Assembly: GCA_964510945.1 (NCBI GenBank)
Contig: CAZEED010000005.1
Span: 4,132 to 68,131, forward strand
DNA: 64,000 bases
Origin: an uncultured Candidatus Saccharibacteria bacterium
GTDB taxonomy: Bacteria > Patescibacteriota > Saccharimonadia > Saccharimonadales > JAGQNJ01
Direction: 5' to 3'
This document shows, piece by piece, positions 1 to 8,062 of this stretch; within the stretch, counting starts at the first letter, position 1; each line of letters starts with the position of its first letter. The notes beneath the pieces are model-generated. The model worked only from the letters and a program-made list of their open reading frames with translations, made no database searches and was not told the origin of the DNA. The position numbers were made by a program, and so were the translations under genes.

Positions 1-81
1 CTAGACTTGCGCCTCTAGTCTGGACAAGTATCAACACAATCATAATCACTGCACTAATTAGGGTTACATAATTTAATAGAC

Positions 82-450
82 TCATTCTTTCTCCTCTAAA
101 ATAGTTGTCACTAACCAGTTTACCAGACCGATGATGATTCCCGCCATTAATGCCGTACCAAAATTATCAACTTCAAGCTTTGAATAAAAGTGACTAGCCA
201 GCAAAATCATCACGGCATTTATGATAATCATGAAAAATCCTAGAGAATATAACAGCGCTGGAAGAGAAAACAACACCACTATCGGCTTAATGAGAGTATT
301 AATAAGTGCCAATACTAATCCAGCACCAATAATCACTGAAATATCGCCTTGATTGGTGATTCTACCATCGGCTAACACCTCTGAGGCAATCCACAAACCG
401 ATGCCACAGACAAACCATCTAACTAAAAATCTTCCGACAAGGCTATTCAT
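82..450 (-). CDS. Small 4-TM membrane protein, phage-holin-IV/DUF360-like
   Basis: 122-aa ORF. Four hydrophobic segments, and the layout (MNSLVGRFLVRW..GIGLWIA.. ..LVNWLV) is typical of YvlD/holin family 4. Assigned by eye. Confidence 0.6.
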   Translation of the reverse strand: MNSLVGRFLVRWFVCGIGLWIASEVLADGRITNQGDISVIIGAGLVLALINTLIKPIVVLFSLPALLYSLGFFMIIINAVMILLASHFYSKLEVDNFGTALMAGIIIGLVNWLVTTILEEKE

Positions 451-470
451 AAGTATTTTGCTATTGTAGT

Positions 471-1682
471 TTAGTTGAAGGTACTCGGCAAGTTTGCGCT
501 TAAGTTTTTTATCCCTGTTTTTGTGATTAAAACGTCGTCTTCAATCCTTACTCCAATTCCTTCCTCGGGTATTAAAATACTTGGCTCAACGGCAATTACC
601 ATATTAGGCTCAAAGACCGAACCATATCGATCACCGGTATCATGCGTATCAAGGCCCAAAAAATGCGAAGTCGCGTGCGGAAAATACTTACGAATTCTGT
701 CGCGAGATTCTGATGTAATCAACCCTAACCGCTTTAGAACTTTCCCCATTTTTGCCTCTACTGCCAGCTCGTAATCCCTAAAAAATACCCCAGACTTTAC
801 GCTATCAAAGGCAAACTCTTGCACTTCACAAACTGCCTCGATAACTTCCAACTGCCTAGCCGTAGGGCGGTTCAGCGAAAAAGTTCTAGCTATATCAGCG
901 GCATAATTCTCTACTTCTGCTCCAAAATCAACTAATACTAGATTGTCCTTTTTAAGTTTTGAATCATTTAGAAAATGATGGACAGTTACCGCATTTTTAC
1001 CCCCTGCCACAATTGGCGGAAAGGCATGGCAGGTAGCGCCCCGACTACGAATACCCTCGCTTATTGTCGCCTCGATCTGATACTCGAATTCGTACTGGTC
1101 GAGTTTTTTCATAACTTCATTCAACGATTCTATAGAGATATCAATCGCTTTTTGAATCATTTTTAGCTCCAGAGATTGCTTAATAACTCTAAGACCTGAA
1201 AAAATTGGCCTCAGATCCTCAAATTCAACTTTTTTTATATTTTGAATCTGTTCTTTCAGTACACGCCTTGCTGGATTCGTATAAAAGCCGTATGTCTCAA
1301 CGTAAGGCTCCGGAGGCTCCAAAATTGCTACTTCTCTATTTGCCATAATCTGTTTTTTTAATCTATCCCAACCTTGTTTATTATCAAGAGCTTCATTAAT
1401 TCCGGACCGTTTTAGCATTTTTTTAACGTCGATTGCCTCTTCCATTATCTCCTGAACATTACTTCGACTAGGTAATATCAAATATTCTTCACTGTCCATC
1501 ATAACTAGCAAGACATCCGGCTCTTCTACGCCAGTAGCGTACCAAAAGTTACTATCCGCTCTATATGGAAAAGTTACGTCAGAATTTCGTTGCATTAGGC
1601 CATTGCCAGTAATAACTAGCAGATGAGATTTGGATAATTCTCGGAGTTTCTTTCGATTATTTACAAAAAAGTCTGGTTTCAT
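471..1682 (-). CDS. pepP: Xaa-Pro aminopeptidase (M24 metallopeptidase)
   Basis: 403 aa. M24 metal-ligand motifs are present: DFGAEVENYAADIARTF, HATSHFLGLDTHD, VEPSI..GIGVRIEDDVLIT. Confidence 0.85.
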   Translation of the reverse strand: MKPDFFVNNRKKLRELSKSHLLVITGNGLMQRNSDVTFPYRADSNFWYATGVEEPDVLLVMMDSEEYLILPSRSNVQEIMEEAIDVKKMLKRSGINEALDNKQGWDRLKKQIMANREVAILEPPEPYVETYGFYTNPARRVLKEQIQNIKKVEFEDLRPIFSGLRVIKQSLELKMIQKAIDISIESLNEVMKKLDQYEFEYQIEATISEGIRSRGATCHAFPPIVAGGKNAVTVHHFLNDSKLKKDNLVLVDFGAEVENYAADIARTFSLNRPTARQLEVIEAVCEVQEFAFDSVKSGVFFRDYELAVEAKMGKVLKRLGLITSESRDRIRKYFPHATSHFLGLDTHDTGDRYGSVFEPNMVIAVEPSILIPEEGIGVRIEDDVLITKTGIKNLSANLPSTFN

Positions 1683-3181
1683 TTTAGTTGCCTAGAATTA
1701 GCGTTATTCTTTAGATATTTTGTCAGTATAACGGCTTTTGACTTACCTACCACCTTTTCTAAATCCTGCAGATCGGCATCGACTATTTGTTTGGTCGAGC
1801 CAAAATGTTTTAACAACTTTTTGCGAGTTGCTGGCCCAATACTAGGTATTCCATCCAAGATGCTAGTTGTCTGACGTTGACGCTTTAGTACGGTATGATA
1901 ACTGACGGCAAACCTATGAGATTCGTCGCGGATTCGCTGAAGCAACTTAACAGCGTTTGAGCTTTTATCAAGCTCTACTTTTGTAAAATCTTCAGTTTTT
2001 GTTATGTAAGCCGACTTTGACGGATTAAGTCCCAAGAATTCATTAGTTTCGAGCACTATCTCTTCTTCTCGTTTGGCTAGTCCAATCATTGGTATCGCAT
2101 TAAACCCTAAAGTATCACGTGCCAAACTGGCCGAGCTCAACTGGCCTTTCCCCCCATCGATTAAAAATAGATCTGGTTTTCCCCACTTTTTGATATTTTT
2201 TGGTGATAAACGGCGACTTATTACTTCGTTCATATGGGCAAAGTCATCATTTCCTGGCCGAATCATCTTGAACTTACGATACTCTGCTTTGTTTGGCATG
2301 CCATTGCTAAACACCACCATACTAGCCACCGTATCTGTCCCGCTCATATGGCTAATGTCATAGCCCTCGATGCGTTTGGGTACTTTTTTTAAGCCAAGTA
2401 GTGACGTGAGTTCGCTCAAACCTACATCCTTACTAATATCCATAAATTCTTGACGACTAAACACTATGCTTTTCTTAAGGCCCTTTAGTGCAAACAACTG
2501 ATTTCGCAGACGCGAGGCCAACTCGTAATCTTGGTTTTTGGCAGCTCGCTTCATATCCAGCTCTACCTCATTAACTATTGATACGCGATTCCCCTTGATA
2601 TAACTAATGAGTTGACGGAGGTTCTTTCGATAATCCTCTAGAGTGGTCTTCCCTTCTTCTAAACCCGGACAGAGCCCGATTTGATACATCAAACAAGCTC
2701 GTTTTGGTATCGCGCCAGTGTGAGTTGAGTACGGAAAAGCTTTGCGCAGTTGTTTTAAGGCAACGCGAATCAAAACCGAGTTAAAATATGGACCAAAATA
2801 CTCCGCCCCGTCATCCAATGGCCGACGAGTAATAGTAACTGTCGGGTGATCACTTTTAATATCTATTCTGATGTAGCTGGTACTCTTATCATCACGAAGC
2901 AGTATGTTATATCTAGGCTGATAGCGACGAACTAGTTCTGCTTCTAAAAACAATGCATCAATCTCTGTTTCGACAGTAATGTTGTCTAGATCTGCTATTT
3001 CTTTAACCAGCGCAGTTGTTTTAGGGTCATATGGCCGGCTTTTTTGAAAATATTGTCGTACTCGGTTTTTTAGTACTGCGGCTTTACCAACATAAATAAT
3101 CTGCCCCGAAATATCCTTATACAAATAAACACCCGGCTCTTTCGGCAATTTAGCTAATTTGCCTTTCAGTTGCGCATTCAT
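1679..3181 (-). CDS. uvrC: Excinuclease ABC subunit C (compact, 500 aa)
   Basis: N-terminal GIY-YIG (GVYLYKD..IIYVGKA..LKNRVRQY), UVR motif (DYELASRLRNQL) and C-terminal HhH2 (GIPSIGPATRKKLLKHFGS). 4-nt overlap with pepP. Confidence 0.9.
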   Translation of the reverse strand: MNAQLKGKLAKLPKEPGVYLYKDISGQIIYVGKAAVLKNRVRQYFQKSRPYDPKTTALVKEIADLDNITVETEIDALFLEAELVRRYQPRYNILLRDDKSTSYIRIDIKSDHPTVTITRRPLDDGAEYFGPYFNSVLIRVALKQLRKAFPYSTHTGAIPKRACLMYQIGLCPGLEEGKTTLEDYRKNLRQLISYIKGNRVSIVNEVELDMKRAAKNQDYELASRLRNQLFALKGLKKSIVFSRQEFMDISKDVGLSELTSLLGLKKVPKRIEGYDISHMSGTDTVASMVVFSNGMPNKAEYRKFKMIRPGNDDFAHMNEVISRRLSPKNIKKWGKPDLFLIDGGKGQLSSASLARDTLGFNAIPMIGLAKREEEIVLETNEFLGLNPSKSAYITKTEDFTKVELDKSSNAVKLLQRIRDESHRFAVSYHTVLKRQRQTTSILDGIPSIGPATRKKLLKHFGSTKQIVDADLQDLEKVVGKSKAVILTKYLKNNANSRQLK

Positions 3182-4074
3182 TTTTTGATTTTAGACATCT
3201 TAGGCGCAGACTTAACGCAATCGGCGCACAGGGTTTTCTTTTTGCAATTTTCGCACATTAGCACAAGTCGGTTGCATGATACTTTTGCGCAATTTTCATA
3301 ATTACTAGTTTTGTCCTGGCAATGCGTACACTTGCCAATATCAACAGACTTGTCTGAAAATCGATGCGTCATTCTATCGTCAAAAATATGTAGCGCACCC
3401 TCCCACAATCCTTCATCGCCGTATTTTTCACCGTATTTAACTATTCCTCCATCCATCTGATATACGTCAGTAAAACCCCTATTTTTCATGAGGGTTGTGA
3501 GGATTTCGCATCTCACTCCACCAGTACAGTAGGTTACTACTGGTTTATCCTTGATATCGTTATATTTATCGCTCGATATTTCCTTGACAAAGTCATGTGT
3601 AGTCTTGGTATCAGGAACCACCGCATTCTTAAACCGACCCACTGCCGCCTCATATGCATTACGGCCGTCAAAAAATACTACCTCATCGCCTCGTTCTTCA
3701 ATTAGTTTGTGTAGAGCTTCTGGCTTAAGATGCTTTCCGCCATTTTTGACCCCTTTTTCATCTACTTCGATCTCTTCTGGTGCACCAAAAGCCACTAATT
3801 CTGGTTTAACCTTAACGCTGAGACGCGGAAATTCTTCCCCGTTACCTTCGCTCCACTTGTAGGTAATTCCCTTAAATAATACCGAGCGATTCATCTCGCG
3901 TTTATATTCGCGCAAATTCTCGATATCGCCACCTAATGTGCCATTTATTCCCTGGTGGCTTACGATAATCCGCCCTTTCAGTCTTAACCGACTGCATAAC
4001 TCACGTTGCCAACGCATGGTAATGCTGGGGTCGCTAACAGGAACAAATTTGTAGTATAAAATCACCTTGTTCAT
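3178..4074 (-). CDS. trhO: Rhodanese-domain protein TrhO/YceA (UPF0176, tRNA U34 hydroxylase family)
   Basis: ILYYKF N-terminus, rhodanese active-site loop CTGGVRCE and a C-terminal Cys-rich tail. 4-nt overlap with uvrC. Confidence 0.8.
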   Translation of the reverse strand: MNKVILYYKFVPVSDPSITMRWQRELCSRLRLKGRIIVSHQGINGTLGGDIENLREYKREMNRSVLFKGITYKWSEGNGEEFPRLSVKVKPELVAFGAPEEIEVDEKGVKNGGKHLKPEALHKLIEERGDEVVFFDGRNAYEAAVGRFKNAVVPDTKTTHDFVKEISSDKYNDIKDKPVVTYCTGGVRCEILTTLMKNRGFTDVYQMDGGIVKYGEKYGDEGLWEGALHIFDDRMTHRFSDKSVDIGKCTHCQDKTSNYENCAKVSCNRLVLMCENCKKKTLCADCVKSAPKMSKIKK

Positions 4075-4180
4075 CCCTATATTTTACCAGATTATCCCTG
4101 TTAAGTATTCTTTTACTTAACAAATATTCATGTATTTTAGTATTGTTATTTTTAATATGTATGTTATAGTATATGCATAT

Positions 4181-5602
4181 ATGGAGAGAAGACACCTGAT
4201 TACAAATTTAGTTGCTGGGACTGCAGCTGCGACTGCTGCATTTCATATGGCTTATGATCCACCCCAAATCCACTGGGGACCAGAACGTGAAACACATACT
4301 GCCGAATACGACGAGACAAGTTACGGCTTTCCTTTAAGGATTGCACCAGACGGGATAGAGACAGACCTATTTGCATCATCTGAAGCGTCCCCAATACCAT
4401 ATGAGGCAATAACCAATATGGAGGCTAATCCAACTACTGGCGGCTTTGATCGATACGACATGCAATCACTTGCAGATACACTTCGATACTTAAGCAGAAG
4501 TAATTATAGCCAATATCGTATAGTAATTACGCCCCACATCTCCGCTGAAGACAATAGCGGTAGTGCTGACGGCGGTATATCAACGGAAAGTTTAAGTAAT
4601 CTCGCTATAGCCGAGCTAAAAGGTCAAGAAATGGCTGACTTTATCCGAACCACTGCCGGCGAACTTGATTTAGATCTCCCACTCATCCAAGTACAAGAGT
4701 CAGAAGAACAATTAATCTCTGATCAATCCACTATGTGGGACGGCGAAACAATTATTAAAGACCAACTTGACTATCTGGTAGGTGAATTTGGTTATGACAA
4801 CCCTAATGACATGATCCGTAGATGGCGCCAGGCCCCGGCCGATGCACCACCTGAAGTCCGCACTACGCTTCGCTCAATTTTTAACGGTCAATCATTTGTT
4901 GATGTAAAAATTCTGACCCCAGAAGAAGAAGTTTGCCAAATCACCATTACTCATCACAAAGATGTAGTTGAGAGAGAGCGGGATAATGAATATCCTCTAC
5001 CAGTCGCGATTCCTGGATATTTGCCAGTCGTTGGTGCAGCCGCGTTACTCAGTGCAGGATTGCGAAAAAGAACTTCAGATAACGGTACACCACGTGAACC
5101 GAGACCACCTAGAGAGAGTCGTACAGTACCGTATAGTGGAGTATCCGGACCTGGATTTGGTGGCTCTAGTAGATTCGGCAGACGAAGGCGAAGCCCATAT
5201 CGTAACCGATATTCAGGCAGAGCCCACAACAGAAGTGTCGATTATCGTCGTCACAACCAAGATAACTCCAGAAGGCTAAGAAAAATAGGTGCATGGGTAG
5301 CAGGTACGGCATTAGTGCTTGGACTTGGATATCTAGGGGCCGAAAAATGGAATGATACTACACTAACCAGCGATGGTACTTGCGTAGACATCCATAAACA
5401 GCCAAACACATGGGGTGTATCAATACACCCACATATTGGTGATCAAGAATGCTCCGGTACAACCGCAGCACCCGACTACACCCCACCTCGTCAAAACTCT
5501 GATCCTTGTAGATACCTACCACAAGAAACAGTTGATGGTGGGACTATAGTACGAAGATTTGAAGACGGCGAATTAAAAAGCACTCAAGTCGTAACCCCAT
5601 AA
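4181..5602 (+). CDS. Hypothetical multi-TM protein with an Arg-rich disordered loop and a Cys-containing C-terminal domain
   Basis: The ORF track begins at 4130, but ATG 4181 (MERRHLITNL) avoids an implausible hydrophobic leader. Three predicted TM segments. Loop sequence RKRTSDNGTPREPRPPRESR..GRRRRSPYRNRYSGRAHNRS. No recognisable domain. Confidence 0.55.
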   Translation: MERRHLITNLVAGTAAATAAFHMAYDPPQIHWGPERETHTAEYDETSYGFPLRIAPDGIETDLFASSEASPIPYEAITNMEANPTTGGFDRYDMQSLADTLRYLSRSNYSQYRIVITPHISAEDNSGSADGGISTESLSNLAIAELKGQEMADFIRTTAGELDLDLPLIQVQESEEQLISDQSTMWDGETIIKDQLDYLVGEFGYDNPNDMIRRWRQAPADAPPEVRTTLRSIFNGQSFVDVKILTPEEEVCQITITHHKDVVERERDNEYPLPVAIPGYLPVVGAAALLSAGLRKRTSDNGTPREPRPPRESRTVPYSGVSGPGFGGSSRFGRRRRSPYRNRYSGRAHNRSVDYRRHNQDNSRRLRKIGAWVAGTALVLGLGYLGAEKWNDTTLTSDGTCVDIHKQPNTWGVSIHPHIGDQECSGTTAAPDYTPPRQNSDPCRYLPQETVDGGTIVRRFEDGELKSTQVVTP

Positions 5603-5634
5603 GAACCTAAAAGATCATTTTTGCCCGATTATTT

Positions 5635-6756
5635 TCAGACGTAGCCTCCGCTACCGTGATTTACTTTTCTGTAAATTCGATCATATAGTCGATTAGCATC
5701 GCCTTTGGTTAAAGTTTTTTCTAAATGCCTGAGGGTAATCCTAACTAATACATTTTTCTGTTTAGGTAAAATACCTAATCTATCTTGAATCTTTTTTGGT
5801 AAATCCGCGTAAGCTGTTTCGTCGAGCACTTCTACGCTTTCCAGCACATCAACTTCATCGCCAAGAGCAATGCGAATATACTCATTTATGTCTTCTTCTA
5901 CATAGTTCTCTGGAACACTATATGACATATCTCGCCTTATAGCTGGTTGATTAGAAACCTCTCGATACGGCTTTAAATCTTTCATTTGACGGGCGATCTT
6001 TGGATTTGTCGATCTCAAATAACGTATATCTGGAATTGATTTTAGCGTCATTACTAACCTATCTAATCCAATACCTGATGCCCAGCCAGAATAAACTTTC
6101 GGATCCAGCCCAGCATTTGCTAGTATTTTTGGGTTAATCAGGCCACATTCCATGATCTCAATATCGCGGTCTTCTTTGACAGCGTTGACTTCCATCCCTT
6201 CGGTCGTATAGGGATGTGGCATGTCAACAATCCGCAGTTTCCAGCCAGGCGCAGCCACCTTTGCTATCCCTTCCACTACGCCTTTCAAATCCTGCCTCAC
6301 AATTTGTTTATTTTTGCACACGCGCCAAATACCTAGCATATGAATAGCAGACAAGTGTTTTTTGTCAGTCACATCGCGTCGATAGACAACTGCAGGCGTT
6401 AAAATTACCACGTCATCCCAATCATCTCGTTTCGCTAAATCCCGTAATATTCCTGGGATATGGGCCGTATCGTGCGTACGTAAAATGTGTGTCTCGTCGA
6501 CATAATGCGTGTAGGTAGACGAACGGCTGATATTATCCTTATCTATCAGCAAATTGTCGTAATTGTCCTCGACGCTAACTATTGGGCTACCCCGATATAC
6601 CATAATTTGACTGCTGGGGTGACTTGCTCGAATATAGTCCTCAATTTTTTGGTACAACAACTTTACCGCATGCGGTTCTTTCGAATCTGTTAAATCCGGT
6701 ACGGCTAGATACCTTTCTAGTACCTCTTTGTCGATTGGTTCTATATACATTTTCAT
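5635..6756 (-). CDS. Single-chain PheS-like class II aminoacyl-tRNA-synthetase homolog fused to a C-terminal FDX-ACB (anticodon-binding) domain
   Basis: - PheS-like core: RTHDTAHIP, motif-2-like VVYRRDVTDKKHLSAIHMLGIW, HPYTTEGMEV..IEIMECGLINPKILANAGLD, motif 3 SGWASGIGLDRLVMTLKSIPDIRYLRS.
- C-terminus matches the FDX-ACB pattern: DMSYSV..LESVEVLD..VLVRITLRHLEKTLTKGDANRLYDRI.
- Start taken at MKMYIEP (6756), 1 nt after the upstream stop. Confidence 0.75.
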   Translation of the reverse strand: MKMYIEPIDKEVLERYLAVPDLTDSKEPHAVKLLYQKIEDYIRASHPSSQIMVYRGSPIVSVEDNYDNLLIDKDNISRSSTYTHYVDETHILRTHDTAHIPGILRDLAKRDDWDDVVILTPAVVYRRDVTDKKHLSAIHMLGIWRVCKNKQIVRQDLKGVVEGIAKVAAPGWKLRIVDMPHPYTTEGMEVNAVKEDRDIEIMECGLINPKILANAGLDPKVYSGWASGIGLDRLVMTLKSIPDIRYLRSTNPKIARQMKDLKPYREVSNQPAIRRDMSYSVPENYVEEDINEYIRIALGDEVDVLESVEVLDETAYADLPKKIQDRLGILPKQKNVLVRITLRHLEKTLTKGDANRLYDRIYRKVNHGSGGYV

Positions 6757-6757
6757 T

Positions 6758-7000
6758 TTATTTCCACCAATCCCAAGGTCGGCCCACCATCTCATCTAGC
6801 GACCGTCCCTTGGCCCACGCATCATTAGCAGGTTCTGTGGCTATATCTATAGGCTCGTCGGGTGGGTTAACCAAAACTTCTGGCCCCTCCAGCATGGCTT
6901 TACCTAAATTTTGCGCCATCAGCGGCTGTACACATCTTAAGCCTCGCCCAGATTCGCCAATACACATATTTCTAACTCGTTCTCCGTTAATTTCACTCAT
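6758..7000 (-). CDS. Small hypothetical protein (80 aa) with C-terminal GRPWDWWK tail
   Basis: AAGGAG sits 6 nt upstream of the ATG at 7000. The stop TAA (6760-6758) is 1 nt from the ATG of the PheS-like gene, so the two are translationally coupled. No recognisable domain. Confidence 0.55.
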   Translation of the reverse strand: MSEINGERVRNMCIGESGRGLRCVQPLMAQNLGKAMLEGPEVLVNPPDEPIDIATEPANDAWAKGRSLDEMVGRPWDWWK

Positions 7001-7033
7001 AATTTTCTCCTTAGTCTAAATATTTTCAAATAC

Positions 7034-7079
7034 AAAAAAACCGCCCAGGAGTGATTCCCCTGGGCGGTTTTTGTTTTTT
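7034..7079 (-). terminator. Rho-independent terminator, structurally bidirectional
   Basis: Stem ccgcccagg (7041-7049) pairs with cctgggcgg (7059-7067) around a 9-nt loop. An A-run (7034-7040) and a T-run (7068-7079) flank it. It lies downstream of the 169-aa gene on the minus strand. Confidence 0.75.
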
Positions 7080-7120
7080 AGCAATACTTAAACCAGCCGA
7101 GAATCACTCCTGGGCTGCAT
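7041..7120 (-). promoter_or_regulatory. Attenuator-like element: terminator, competing 15-nt antiterminator and 10-codon uORF
   Basis: 7101-7115 (gaatcactcctgggc) is the perfect reverse complement of 7043-7057 (gcccaggagtgattc). That stretch covers most of one terminator arm (7043-7049) and most of the loop (7050-7057). The uORF ATG 7120 to TAA 7088 (MQPRSDSRLV) overlaps the upstream competing segment. Confidence 0.5.
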
Positions 7121-7253
7121 AAATGAAATTCCTGATTGGTTAGCGTGCTTTATCATAGCTACACCAAAATATCACAACACAATAAGTTTGTCAAACAATA
7201 TTTATGCTTACGTGTCAATTATTCTAGTACTAGCCAACCGTGTTATTACCTTA

Positions 7254-7763
7254 TTAGTATCGACGCACAGCCGCTTCTAGAGACTGTTCATAGAGTTCCC
7301 AGGCTCTGTCAAAGTCAAATCCCACTTCGATGGCATAATCGTCTCCTGCCACCCGCAAATAATGATTTGCGTCTGTTTCTGCAAGAATCCCCTGAGTGTC
7401 AAAGTATGCATCAAACAATGACCTAATTGTGACTTCATGATCTTGGCCAGCAACGCTACGCTCATATATACCCGTAGCTATGCCGATTTGATTGGCGATT
7501 GCGTCTTTTTGTTTGTCAGGCAACTCTTGGCCTACCTCAGGACTATCAACTAACCCGATTAATCTTGTTAACGTTCTCTCTACCGCCGACTGTTCTTCAA
7601 ACGGCTTCTCAATAATAATTCGGGCTCTCTTCGCAACGTCTATTCGCGCCTTGCCGTTTCCTGTCAATAATTCTGCAGGTGTAATGTGCCCGACATATAT
7701 GGCGCTGTCCGTACCTAATGCTTCTTTGATTTCTTCAACGCTTAGTCTTATTGATTCACTCAT
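7254..7763 (-). CDS. Hypothetical protein (169 aa)
   Basis: Intact ORF with coding-like composition, second gene after the riboswitch-like leader. No recognisable domain. Confidence 0.6.
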   Translation of the reverse strand: MSESIRLSVEEIKEALGTDSAIYVGHITPAELLTGNGKARIDVAKRARIIIEKPFEEQSAVERTLTRLIGLVDSPEVGQELPDKQKDAIANQIGIATGIYERSVAGQDHEVTIRSLFDAYFDTQGILAETDANHYLRVAGDDYAIEVGFDFDRAWELYEQSLEAAVRRY

Positions 7764-7787
7764 GTTTTAATCTCCTAATAAAAATTT

Positions 7788-8030
7788 TTAGTAATTTGAT
7801 AGATTGCGACGCCGATACTCGTCGCGAAGCGCAACCACGAAAGCTCCACGAGTACTAACCCAGCCTGGGTTACCGCGATCTTTTTCTCGTGTCTGGATTA
7901 ACTCCTCATCAGTCAAACACTGAAATCTCTCTGTAAACCGCTCGTATTTTTGCGCTAGAGTTTCTTGTACTTCTGAGTCCAATGGTGTCTCTATATGTTC
8001 CGGTGTTATCGGATATTCTTCTTGACTCAT
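7788..8030 (-). CDS. Hypothetical small acidic protein (80 aa)
   Basis: AAGGAG lies 8 nt upstream of ATG 8030. First gene after the SAM-I-like leader. No recognisable domain. Confidence 0.55.
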   Translation of the reverse strand: MSQEEYPITPEHIETPLDSEVQETLAQKYERFTERFQCLTDEELIQTREKDRGNPGWVSTRGAFVVALRDEYRRRNLSNY

Positions 8031-8062
8031 TTTTATGCTCCTTAGCTAAATTCATTTATACT

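Noticed and set aside
4200-5279. Alternative-frame ORFs (69, 91 and 103 aa) inside the 490-aa gene
   Set aside because: They sit in the locally GC-richer Arg-codon region, where stop codons are rare in all frames. They have no independent start signals.
6487-7019. Plus-strand ORFs of 68 and 131 aa across the PheS-like and small-protein genes
   Set aside because: They are antisense to two minus-strand genes that have an RBS and translational coupling. The 131-aa product crosses a gene junction and is low complexity.
7001-7253. T-box leader upstream of the PheS-like operon
   Set aside because: The length and the aaRS-like context fit. However, there is no T-box sequence (GGUGGNACCGCG), no obvious specifier loop with UUC/UUU plus purine, and no Stem I GA/K-turn motif. 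The alternative-pairing attenuator explains the structure instead.
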